Positions 26,485 through 34,603 of a stretch of 42,262 nt of DNA are shown here, piece after piece. A program made the position numbers and the translations under genes. Source of the DNA: a virus. Lineage: Duplodnaviria; Caudoviricetes. Location: IMG/VR virus record IMGVR_UViG_3300035002_000029, positions 1 through 42,262 of that record; one strand, written 5' to 3'. Every line of letters begins with the position of its first letter. Position 1 is the first letter of the stretch. The notes under the pieces are model-generated. The model was not told the DNA's origin. It did not search any database and saw only the letters and a program-made list of their open reading frames with translations.

Positions 26485-27255
26485 ATGATCGACGCTTTGA
26501 CACGCCCTCCGGCAGCGGCATCGCCGCCCGCCAAGGGTTATGCGCCGCTCACCAACATGGCCCTGACCATGCGGACGCTCGTCGATTGCATGGAGGCCGG
26601 CGATCAGCTCCCGCGCCTCGGGCTCGTTTATGGCGACTCCGGCTTCGGAAAGACCGTGGCCGCCGCCTTCGCCGCGGCCCGTACGGGCGCGGGCTACATC
26701 TGCGCGCAGAGCATCTGGACGCAGCGCACCTTGCTCGAAGCGATCGCCGAGGAGCTTGGCATTGTGAAGCAAGAGCGCACGGCGCCGCGACTGCTCCGCC
26801 AGATCGTCGATGAGCTGAACCGCGCGCCTCGGCCGCTGATCGTAGACGAGATGGACTATCTCGTGAAGAAACAGTCGGTCGAGATCATCCGCGATATCCA
26901 CGACGCCACCAGCATCGCGATACTGATGGTCGGCGAAGAGGCGCTGCCCGCCAAGCTCAAGGAATGGGAGCGGTTCGACAACCGCATCCTCGTCGCCACC
27001 GCTGCCCAGCCTGCCTCGGCCGACGACGCGCTCCTCCTTCGCGACCACTACGGCTTGCGCAACGCGATCGAGGATGACCTCGCCGTCTACATCGCCGAGC
27101 GGTGCAAAGGCGTCACCCGCCGTATCGTCAACAACCTCCTGCACGCGCACCGCGTCGCCGCCACCGAGGGCGCCGAGAAGATCGACCGCGCTTGGTGGGG
27201 CCACCGCGCCCTCTCCGCAGGCGACCTTCCCACGCGCCGGAGCATGGGCGTATGA
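26485..27255 (+). CDS. Transposition protein B (AAA ATPase)
   Basis: Walker A GDSGFGKT, Walker B LIVDE, IRDIHD; AAGGAG RBS. Confidence 0.93.
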   Translation: MIDALTRPPAAASPPAKGYAPLTNMALTMRTLVDCMEAGDQLPRLGLVYGDSGFGKTVAAAFAAARTGAGYICAQSIWTQRTLLEAIAEELGIVKQERTAPRLLRQIVDELNRAPRPLIVDEMDYLVKKQSVEIIRDIHDATSIAILMVGEEALPAKLKEWERFDNRILVATAAQPASADDALLLRDHYGLRNAIEDDLAVYIAERCKGVTRRIVNNLLHAHRVAATEGAEKIDRAWWGHRALSAGDLPTRRSMGV

Positions 27256-27533
27256 GCGGCTTCGGACACGGCCCCACGCGTCGCGAGACGGCGATCCTCG
27301 ATCTCCACGACCAACGCATGGATCCTGACGATATCGCGCGCGAGCTTGACCTCGCTCCCCGCTACGTCCGGCAGGTCATTGCGTCGCTCGCCAACCCGCC
27401 CGTCGGGGATTGGCAGGCTGGAGCACGGATGGGCAGCGCGGCGCTCCTCCGCGCGCTCCGCCGCCATCATCCCGATCGCTGCCCGGCGCCGCCCTCCGGC
27501 TTCGGCCTGATCGACGAGGGGGCGTTCGTATGA
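27252..27533 (+). CDS. Small HTH protein
   Basis: ATGA-coupled; DDIARELDLAPRYVRQV. Confidence 0.65.
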   Translation: MSGFGHGPTRRETAILDLHDQRMDPDDIARELDLAPRYVRQVIASLANPPVGDWQAGARMGSAALLRALRRHHPDRCPAPPSGFGLIDEGAFV

Positions 27534-28186
27534 GCACGCTCGCGATCGCGGCGTCGCACTGGCGCCCCAACCCCGCGCTGCAGGATCCCGAGCAGGCGCT
27601 GTGGAGCGAGCTGCGCTTCGCCCCACAGCCTCTCGACATCTTCGAGCTGGTGATGGGCGCCGCCCGCTTCTTCGCCGACCCGCTGCAGATCGACGTGCGC
27701 CCGCTCCATCGTTGGATCGCGGCGGGCCTCGTCGCGGTCACCGGAAAACCCAAGCGCTACAGCCTCGAAAGGAGCGCCTCCGCAATGGCCTCGCCGCCGC
27801 CCCCGCCGCCGACCGTCCGCGCAACGGCTTTGCCGAAGCAGACCCAGCGCCAGCGCCTTTGGACCGCGATGCGCGTCCTCGGCACCTTCGATCTCCCCAC
27901 GCTGCTGATCGCGGCCGAGGCGCCGCGCAATGCCGCCCTCGACATTATCAGCATCCTCACCCGCGGCGGCTGGCTTCGCGCCACCGAGACAGGCTGGACG
28001 ACGCGCGGCGGTCGGGCGTGGGGGCCGGTGGCCCCGACATGGACCCGCTATGCGATCGGATGGAAGCCGATCATCCGCATCACCGACCACCGCGACGGCT
28101 CGATCGTCGAGGTCGCCGCGCGCACCCGCCGCGATCCCGCCCAGGACAGCTCCGCCGAAGCCGCTTCGGGCGGGGGGGTAGGTTAA
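27530..28186 (+). CDS. Conserved Mu-like early protein, tandem winged-helix-like
   Basis: Two related halves (QALWSELR / QRLWTAMRVLGTF); coupled start. Confidence 0.65.
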   Translation: MSTLAIAASHWRPNPALQDPEQALWSELRFAPQPLDIFELVMGAARFFADPLQIDVRPLHRWIAAGLVAVTGKPKRYSLERSASAMASPPPPPPTVRATALPKQTQRQRLWTAMRVLGTFDLPTLLIAAEAPRNAALDIISILTRGGWLRATETGWTTRGGRAWGPVAPTWTRYAIGWKPIIRITDHRDGSIVEVAARTRRDPAQDSSAEAASGGGVG

Positions 28187-28188
28187 CC

Positions 28189-28590
28189 ATGTCGGGTAAC
28201 CTTAACAAAGATCAGACGAACGTCGATCGCGCCCGCGCCGCGTGGCCCGATACGCCGCAGTGGGTCTTGCTCCTCGCGGCAGCCTGCGACCTGACCAATC
28301 AGCGCGCAGCGGGCGAGCGCATCGGCAAATCGAGTGGCTACGTCAGCCGCGTTCTTAGCAACACCTATGCTGGCAATATGGCCGAAGCCGAGAAGCTCGT
28401 GCGCGCAGCGTGGGGCGCGGAGACGGTGGCCTGCCCGCTTTGGGGTGACATCCCGTTGTCGAGCTGCATGGCGCACCGCCGCCGCTCGGCGCCGCCGCGG
28501 ACGCAGGTCCACCACCTCTACCGCAGCACATGCCCGGCCTGTCCGAACAACACCGATGTGGCCCTGCATCCCGAGGAGAGCTTCACATGA
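28189..28590 (+). CDS. XRE-like regulator with a C-terminal Cys cluster
   Basis: QRAAGERIGKSSGYVSRVL..TY.G; CP..G.I....C...C..CP. Confidence 0.75.
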   Translation: MSGNLNKDQTNVDRARAAWPDTPQWVLLLAAACDLTNQRAAGERIGKSSGYVSRVLSNTYAGNMAEAEKLVRAAWGAETVACPLWGDIPLSSCMAHRRRSAPPRTQVHHLYRSTCPACPNNTDVALHPEESFT

Positions 28591-28703
28591 CGACGAACCA
28601 AGCCCCGGCGCGCGCGAGCTGGCGCGTCGCCGCCTTCCACGTCGCGTGGATCTTCCCGAGCGGCTGGATCTTCGTCGGGGCCGCGATGGCGATCTTCCCA
28701 TGA
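28587..28703 (+). CDS. 38-aa hydrophobic peptide
   Basis: GAGGAG RBS, ATGA coupling at both ends; MTTNQAPARASWRVAAFHVAWIFPSGWIFVGAAMAIFP. Confidence 0.55.
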   Translation: MTTNQAPARASWRVAAFHVAWIFPSGWIFVGAAMAIFP

Positions 28704-28807
28704 CGGCCGCCCGCCAAACCGCCGCGACCCGCGCCGCGATGATCCTCTCCGCCGTCGCCGTTGGCGTGCTGCTCGCGGCCGCCGTCCTCGCCACCCCGCT
28801 CATCTGA
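28700..28807 (+). CDS. 35-aa single-TM peptide
   Basis: ATGA-coupled; MILSAVAVGVLLAAAVLATPLI. Confidence 0.55.
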   Translation: MTAARQTAATRAAMILSAVAVGVLLAAAVLATPLI

Positions 28808-28817
28808 AAGGAAAATC

Positions 28818-29420
28818 ATGGGACGCCGCAAATCCACGCCGCAAGCCGCACCGTCGACGCTGCCCGAGGCTATCGCCACGATCGAACGCTATCTGGGCAC
28901 GGTCGCCGCGATCGAGGAGGCGAAGGCTGACGCCGACGCCGCGATCGCCGCGATCCAGGCGGAGCGCGATCAGTTCGTTGCGCCGCTCAATATCGAGATC
29001 GAGGATCTGTTCCTGCAGCTCCGCGCTTGGTGGGCCGTCGCCGGTCCCGAAATGACGAAGGGCAAGACCAAGTCGATCGAGCTTGCGGGCGCCCTGCTCG
29101 GCGAGCGCACCACTACGCCTAGCCTCAAGCTGCCCAAGGGCATGAAGGTGCCTGAGGCAGTCATCTTCATCCAGTCGATCGTGAAGTCCTATCCCGGCAT
29201 GGCCGACCTCCTGCGGGTCAAGACCGAGCTGGAAAAGCCGGCGCTGATCAAGATCCTGCGGAACGCGACGACGGGCGGCCCCGCGATCGAACGGATCCGC
29301 GAGGAGGGCTTCAAGGTCGCCCAGCGCGAGGAGTTCTTCATCGATCGCGCGGCGCCGAAGGAAGCCGACCCCGCGGTAGTCGATGCCGCGCCTCCGCCGA
29401 TCGCCGAGGCGCGGCAGTGA
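28818..29420 (+). CDS. gam: Host-nuclease inhibitor Gam
   Basis: Coiled coil, then KTKSIEL..ALLGER.TTPSL, LRVKTELEK.AL and QREEFFI; early-region position. Confidence 0.85.
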   Translation: MGRRKSTPQAAPSTLPEAIATIERYLGTVAAIEEAKADADAAIAAIQAERDQFVAPLNIEIEDLFLQLRAWWAVAGPEMTKGKTKSIELAGALLGERTTTPSLKLPKGMKVPEAVIFIQSIVKSYPGMADLLRVKTELEKPALIKILRNATTGGPAIERIREEGFKVAQREEFFIDRAAPKEADPAVVDAAPPPIAEARQ

Positions 29421-29680
29421 TCCGCGCCAATCTCAACGCCGCGGGCGAGGCGCAGCTCGTTCTGCGTCTCGGCAACGGCTGGACGGCCGCGCTGATCCCG
29501 CACCCTGACGGGACCGCCACGCTCGCCGCCTGGGCGAGCCACGACGAAGAGCCGCGCCCCGGTCGGATGAACGTCTTGGGCGGCGGTCCCGCTCGCGCGG
29601 ACGAGGCCGTCGAGTTCCTCGTCACCATCGCAGCCGCGGCCGCCGTCGCCGCCCCCGAAACCGGAGTGAAAACCCAATGA
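29417..29680 (+). CDS. Hypothetical protein
   Basis: GTGA/ATGA coupling within the operon. Confidence 0.6.
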   Translation: MIRANLNAAGEAQLVLRLGNGWTAALIPHPDGTATLAAWASHDEEPRPGRMNVLGGGPARADEAVEFLVTIAAAAAVAAPETGVKTQ

Positions 29681-29967
29681 GCGACGCTAACACCTTCCTC
29701 TTCCTCCATGCCGGGACGTCCGTTCATCCTCAGCCGGAGGGCGTGGCGACGCATTTTCCCCACGGCGCGATCGGCGTCGCGATTGTTGACGGGGATCTAT
29801 GCATCTGCGTGGCGTCGCGCGACGGCGCCGCGGTCGCGGCCCGGCTCAACGGCAGCCTGCTCGACGACTTCTGCGGGTTGCTCGCCGACCAGCTTGACAA
29901 GATCCGTCCGCCCGAAACGATCGAGGCACCTTTGCCGGGAGAGGTGCCATGTCCGCGCCTCAACTGA
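29677..29967 (+). CDS. Hypothetical protein
   Basis: GGAG RBS, coupled start. Confidence 0.55.
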   Translation: MSDANTFLFLHAGTSVHPQPEGVATHFPHGAIGVAIVDGDLCICVASRDGAAVAARLNGSLLDDFCGLLADQLDKIRPPETIEAPLPGEVPCPRLN

Positions 29968-30338
29968 ACGACGTCATTGTCCTCCGGATCGACCGCTTCA
30001 AGCACTGGCTGCCGCAACTCGTCCGCGCCGTCGCGCAGATTGGCGATACCGCGCCGGAGAAGCTAGTTGGTCCATCCAAGGCGCCGTCGCTGGTCACCCT
30101 GCGCCACGCCTTCATGGTCGCGGCGCGCGAGGAAATGGCGAAGTCCTATCCGCTGATCGGTCGCGCGCTGGGCGGCCGCGACCATTCCACCGTTCAGTAC
30201 GGATATCGCACCGCGCGCAAGCGCTGTGAAAGCGATCCCGAGTTCCGCCAGCTCGTCGGCGTGGTGCGGAGCGTCGCCCGCGCGATCGCGCAGCGCGAGC
30301 TGACGGTCACCGAGATCGAGCCGGAGCTGGCGCTGTGA
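29949..30338 (+). CDS. DnaA C-terminal (domain IV) HTH-like protein
   Basis: RHAFM..ARE....SYPLIGRALGGRDHSTV. Confidence 0.85.
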   Translation: MSAPQLNDVIVLRIDRFKHWLPQLVRAVAQIGDTAPEKLVGPSKAPSLVTLRHAFMVAAREEMAKSYPLIGRALGGRDHSTVQYGYRTARKRCESDPEFRQLVGVVRSVARAIAQRELTVTEIEPELAL

Positions 30339-30532
30339 AGCCCAACCCCGGCCACTGCCCCGAGGAAGCGATCGGCAAGCGCGTGATCGTGAAGCTCGCC
30401 AAGGGCCATGTCGAGGGCACCGAGCCGGTCACCTCGACGTCGCCCCGCGGCTGGGCCGCAGACGGCCGCCACGGCTGCCGATGGACGCGGCTCGGCCACC
30501 CCCACGATATCGCAGAATATGAGGTGATCTGA
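30335..30532 (+). CDS. Hypothetical protein
   Basis: Coupled at both ends. Confidence 0.55.
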   Translation: MKPNPGHCPEEAIGKRVIVKLAKGHVEGTEPVTSTSPRGWAADGRHGCRWTRLGHPHDIAEYEVI

Positions 30533-30810
30533 TGACGCCGAAGGAACACAAGCTGCTCGACTATATCCGCGAGCAGATCGAAACGACCGGCATCTGCCCG
30601 ACCTATCGGGAGATGGCCGAGGCGATGAGTGTCAAAGGGCGCGCAAAAGTTTGGGAGATCGTCGAGCGCCTTGTGGCCGATGGGTATCTCGTGAAATTCG
30701 CGCGACACCGCAACCGCGGGCTCGGCCTGCCGACCCCTCACTTGGCAACGGTGCCAACGTCCGCGCTGCTCAACGAACTGCGACGCCGCGGGCAGGAGGT
30801 GGCGCAGTGA
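30532..30810 (+). CDS. LexA N-terminal DNA-binding-domain-only protein
   Basis: MTPKEHKLLDYI....TGICPTYREMAEAM...VERLVADGYL; no S24 domain. Confidence 0.8.
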   Translation: MTPKEHKLLDYIREQIETTGICPTYREMAEAMSVKGRAKVWEIVERLVADGYLVKFARHRNRGLGLPTPHLATVPTSALLNELRRRGQEVAQ

Positions 30811-31502
30811 CCGCCCGCCGCGCACCCCGCCCGGCGCCGTCGAAGGGCTCGCCGCTGATCCGCGCCGTGATGGCCGCTTGCCGCCGCCTCGGCATCGACG
30901 ATGAGACGCGCCACGCAATCCAGTTGGAGAAGATCGGCAAGGCCTCGCTCACCGACATGTCGGCGGCCGAGCTGACCGAGCTTCGCGACCATTTCAACCG
31001 CGGATGGACTGGCCCGAAAAACCAGCGCCCCGTTATCGGCAAGATCCGCGCGCTATGGTGGTCGCTTTACTGGATCGGCGCGATCGAGCGCGTCGATGAC
31101 GACGCCTTGAACGCCTTCATCAAGCGTCAGGCACACGTCCAGCACATCAACTTCCTCGACCACAAGCTGGCGCCCTCGGTGATCGAGGCGCTCAAGTCGT
31201 GGCTCGAGCGCGAGGGCGTGATGTGGTGGTCGGCCGAGCAGCTCGAAGTCGTCGTTTCGACCGTTGCGGTGCCCTTCACCCAGGCGCAGGCCGATCGACA
31301 CGCGGTCCTATGCGCGCTCGGCGACCGCCTCGATCGCGCGGGCCTGATCCACAAGTTCGGGATGTATGGCTGGATCGGTGCCCTCGTTGGCCGCCCTACG
31401 CAAAATCAGTGGTCGTTCACGAACCATGAACTCGATCGGGGTCTGCGCGCGCTCGGTAAGAAATATCGCCGCTGGCTCGCGCAGCAGGGGCAAACGCTAT
31501 GA
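30807..31502 (+). CDS. gemA: GemA/gp16-like regulatory protein (DUF1018)
   Basis: LGIDDETRH...GKASLTDMS..EL, KIRALW, ALNAFIKRQ and VIEALKSW motifs. Confidence 0.85.
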   Translation: MTARRAPRPAPSKGSPLIRAVMAACRRLGIDDETRHAIQLEKIGKASLTDMSAAELTELRDHFNRGWTGPKNQRPVIGKIRALWWSLYWIGAIERVDDDALNAFIKRQAHVQHINFLDHKLAPSVIEALKSWLEREGVMWWSAEQLEVVVSTVAVPFTQAQADRHAVLCALGDRLDRAGLIHKFGMYGWIGALVGRPTQNQWSFTNHELDRGLRALGKKYRRWLAQQGQTL

Positions 31503-31515
31503 CGGCCCGCAGGCA

Positions 31516-31767
31516 TCATGACGTGGAGATGATGGCGCCTCGCATCTGGTCGATCGTCTGGCCCGCCAATTTTTTCTGCGCTGCGTCAGTCGTGGATTGT
31601 TCCTCCACCGACCGCTGGATGTCATCCAACATCGCTAAAGCCTCCTGCTTTGTAATCACCCGTTTTAGGACGAGAGCTTGCAGAACCACCAAGGTCGCGT
31701 TGAGCCCAATTCGAACGCCAGATCCCCAATCGGACAAACGGCGATATGCCTCGTCGGCGTCTGCCAT
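31516..31767 (-). CDS. Antisense moron, hypothetical
   Basis: GGGAG RBS; lower GC; fills the gap between gemA and mor. Confidence 0.6.
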   Translation of the reverse strand: MADADEAYRRLSDWGSGVRIGLNATLVVLQALVLKRVITKQEALAMLDDIQRSVEEQSTTDAAQKKLAGQTIDQMRGAIISTS

Positions 31768-31830
31768 TCACATTCTCCCAAGAGTTATTGACCTCGGCAC
31801 TTTGCGGGCCTTTCGAGCAGGTGTAAACCA

Positions 31831-32331
31831 ATGAAGCTCGACCGTTTTTGCACGTTAGACGAATTGCCGATCCCTCAGGATGCGCCCATCACGCAGAAGT
31901 GGACCGGCCAGATGCAGGAAATGGCCGCCCATATTGGACCCTTTTTGACTTTGCTCGTAGTCGACCGGCTCGGCGGGCAGGAAGTCCAAGTGCCGAGTGA
32001 TCCCGAGCGCAACCGGCTCACCGAAGTCATCGGGCCGGACGGGGCCGCGATCATTTCGCGGATATATGGCGGCAACGTGCTGCGCGTGCCGGTCGGGCGC
32101 GCCGCGCTCGACGAGGCGCGCCGCGCAGGCATTATCGCTGCGATCCGCGCCAAGACGATGACGATTGCAGAAGCGGCCCCGATCCTTCGCACCTCGCGCA
32201 GCTATTTGAGCCACCTCGTCAACGCGACCCCCGAAGGCGAGGAGGCCGAGGCGATCAACGTCGGGCGCCTGCGGCGGCTGCGTCACGATCCCCGACAGCT
32301 GAACTTATTCAACTCAACGCCTGAGGAATAG
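31831..32331 (+). CDS. Mor/C-family transcription activator
   Basis: IG....L.VVDRLGGQEVQVP...YGGNVLRVP followed by a C-terminal HTH. Confidence 0.8.
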   Translation: MKLDRFCTLDELPIPQDAPITQKWTGQMQEMAAHIGPFLTLLVVDRLGGQEVQVPSDPERNRLTEVIGPDGAAIISRIYGGNVLRVPVGRAALDEARRAGIIAAIRAKTMTIAEAAPILRTSRSYLSHLVNATPEGEEAEAINVGRLRRLRHDPRQLNLFNSTPEE

Positions 32332-32440
32332 GCACGGTGGCGGTGAGAAAATCCAAAATCGGGGGAGACCGGTCTTCGTTACACCTAGCATCGAAGGTTT
32401 GAAGCTATGCGGCCGGAGATAGAACCGGTAGTCGTGAAAA

Positions 32441-33058
32441 ATGAAAATTTATCCGCCCGGACCTGGAGAATCTGACCAGCAATGGTTCGCCGAAATGGCC
32501 AATCCCCACGGTTGGTTGATTACGGCCGACAATCTTTTCGAGCAGTGCGTAAGACTCCATGCACAGAAAGGCCGTGGCTATCTGCAGTTCAGCGACAAGC
32601 ACGGTCGGCGTCTCCGGTGGGACGTTGTAGATCGCTCTATGTTCCTGCTGGGCGGCTTTGCGCTGGAAAATGCAATCAAGGCCTTCTTGGTTTATGAAAA
32701 TCCGAGATTTGTAGAAGGGGGGAGGCTAGCCAAGCAGCTGAAATCCCATAGACTCGTCGAATTGAAGCGACTGTCGTCAACGATCCCAATGCCCAAACGA
32801 AGCGAGTCTGTGATCGCCGTTTTCGAGGGAGGGATTGACACTTGGTCCCGATATCCTTGCGGCCTCACGGCTCACCAGACAGATCACCAGCGCTGGTTTA
32901 CGCCTGAGCTATGGCAATCGTATTGTGGTCTGATGCGGCGATACGGTCGGAAACTGCAGTCTCATCTCGAAAAAGGTTGGAGCGGTCCGCACGGAGCCGG
33001 AGGGAAGTGGGAGGCCAGCGATATGTCGTTCCTCGACGTTGATGCGGTGCGTCTGTAA
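32441..33058 (+). CDS. HEPN-like accessory protein
   Basis: GFALENAIKA...SHRLVEL...SRYP pattern; lower GC. Confidence 0.55.
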   Translation: MKIYPPGPGESDQQWFAEMANPHGWLITADNLFEQCVRLHAQKGRGYLQFSDKHGRRLRWDVVDRSMFLLGGFALENAIKAFLVYENPRFVEGGRLAKQLKSHRLVELKRLSSTIPMPKRSESVIAVFEGGIDTWSRYPCGLTAHQTDHQRWFTPELWQSYCGLMRRYGRKLQSHLEKGWSGPHGAGGKWEASDMSFLDVDAVRL

Positions 33059-33147
33059 TTGACACCATGCCCAGACGGCCTCGCCCTAATGGCAGCAAAC
33101 GACCGATTGCGGACGCCCAAACTTTACCTAACGATCAATTTGAGACG

Positions 33148-33664
33148 TCAATCCAAGTCGCTTTCCAAAAAAGTGATGTTGCGCTGCTGCTCTATCGAGG
33201 CGGCTCTTGCTTCGACGATCGTTCTTAGCCGATCAACGGTAACTTCGTAGAATACATCGGTTGCATTCCAGGTCTCGCCGCCCAAAACTTCGAACGCTCG
33301 CCATTGGCAGCCAAGGGCACCTAACTGCTCCAGCGCCGCTAACAAATCGCGAGGAAAGTCCGAGAAATCTCTGGCGAAGAGTTCTTGCTCCGCGACGGGC
33401 AGACCGTTTTCAAAGCTATGCACGATAGCCGAGAGGGGAAGAGCAAATGTGCGCGATATCAGCATTTTACATTTTGCTGCTTGAGGGCCAAAATCCTCAA
33501 TTGTGAGAGCAATTTTGGCCACAACCCACCTCAAACCTTAAGCGCAAACCAAGATAGCCACCGTTGACGGCGTCTCGAATTCCCGTCCCGGACAACATGC
33601 CATCGATTAGAAACTGGGTCGTCAACGCCTCACTCCATCCGTGCTGTAGCGAATGGAATAACAC
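33148..33664 (-). pseudogene. Cassette-1 gene, possibly frameshifted near 33535
   Basis: Two overlapping ORFs (part of 33497-33727, and 33148-33534) together fill the cassette. Confidence 0.4.
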
Positions 33665-33789
33665 GACTATGTTCGCTTCCCACCCCATTTCGGCCGATCG
33701 CCGCCGGGAATGGTCGAATGACGGCAAACGACCGATTGCGGACGTTCGCCCTCGGCACTAAGCCTATGAGGAAGCGATTAGAGGGAACG

Positions 33790-34206
33790 ATGCGAAGAGT
33801 GGACCTTTCTATACCGTCGGAACGCCTGATTGGTTTTACGATACCTCGCGAAAACAGCTTCCTGGTCTGCGATCACGATGAAGTTTGGCTGGTCAGCGTT
33901 GGCTTTTCGGCTGACGTTGAACCGACCGATCAGGCACCTTACGATATCGCTGCGAGACCGGACTTTGTAGGTTGGGGACGAGAAGATGCTGCTCCAATTA
34001 TGGAAGCGGGAAAAACGAAGATTTCATACGACTTCGACCCCCACGCGCAGATTCTACGTTTACGATATGCGACAGGCGAGACGGAGAGGGAAATCGATTT
34101 TCCACTATTGTCGGGTGACTGGTTCGCTGCGTCATTTTCACAAGAGGGCAATCTTCTTGTAATGGCCGAGCCCTACCATCTCCACCTTTACCAAACCGCC
34201 TTCTAG
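33790..34206 (+). CDS. Cassette-2 hypothetical protein, beta-rich
   Basis: GAGGG RBS before MRRVDLSIP; stop codon abuts a B site. Confidence 0.7.
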   Translation: MRRVDLSIPSERLIGFTIPRENSFLVCDHDEVWLVSVGFSADVEPTDQAPYDIAARPDFVGWGREDAAPIMEAGKTKISYDFDPHAQILRLRYATGETEREIDFPLLSGDWFAASFSQEGNLLVMAEPYHLHLYQTAF

Positions 34207-34297
34207 TATCCGCTTCCCACCCAATTTCAGTCATTCGCCGCGGATGCGGACGCGATGGCCGCTAACGGGCGTTTATGGACGAACCGCCCATTAAATC

Positions 34298-34377
34298 CCG
34301 TTCGTGTCGAGCGAAGTCGAGACACCGTGAAGGCAGGGGCTCCCGATGGGTGTCTCGACTTCGCTCGACACGAACGG
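34298..34377. repeat. REP/MITE-like 29-bp perfect inverted repeat
   Basis: CCGTTCGTGTCGAGCGAAGTCGAGACACC (34298-326) and its exact reverse complement (34349-377). Confidence 0.9.
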
Positions 34378-34504
34378 AAATAGAGGACGGTCTGCTAACC
34401 ACCCCATTTCAGACATTGGGATCGCCCACCGGGGGGGGGCTTATCTGATCGCGTGCAGCTTGCCGGATATCAGCAGGCCGACCCCTTAATCTCTGCATGA
34501 AGTT

Positions 34505-34550
34505 CGTTTGCTGACGGACGGGGGTCGCACACCCTCTGCACTGACACTGT
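34505..34550 (+). promoter_or_regulatory. Putative late promoter of the packaging operon
   Basis: CGTTTG-CTGA-CGGACG-GGGGT, followed by a 9-bp hairpin at 34559-79. Confidence 0.65.
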
Positions 34551-34603
34551 GACCCACGCGCGACGCCTTCGGCGTCGCGGATATGCAGTTGCATGGGGGT
34601 TTT

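Larger units (their letters stand above)
33089..34416. repeat. Array of six alternating 28/29-bp imperfect palindromes delimiting three cassettes
   Basis: A sites 33089-116, 33718-745, 34255-282; B sites 33669-697, 34206-234, 34388-416; B-to-A gap is 20 bp both times. Confidence 0.8.

Noticed and set aside
33089-34416. CRISPR array or classical integron
   Set aside because: Repeats alternate between two types, intervening lengths vary from 20 to about 550 bp, and there are no cas or intI genes or attC RYYYAAC/GTTRRRY ends
34431-34439. G9 tract as a phase-variation switch
   Set aside because: Not in a credible ORF and about 65 bp upstream of the late-promoter dyad, so no evident target
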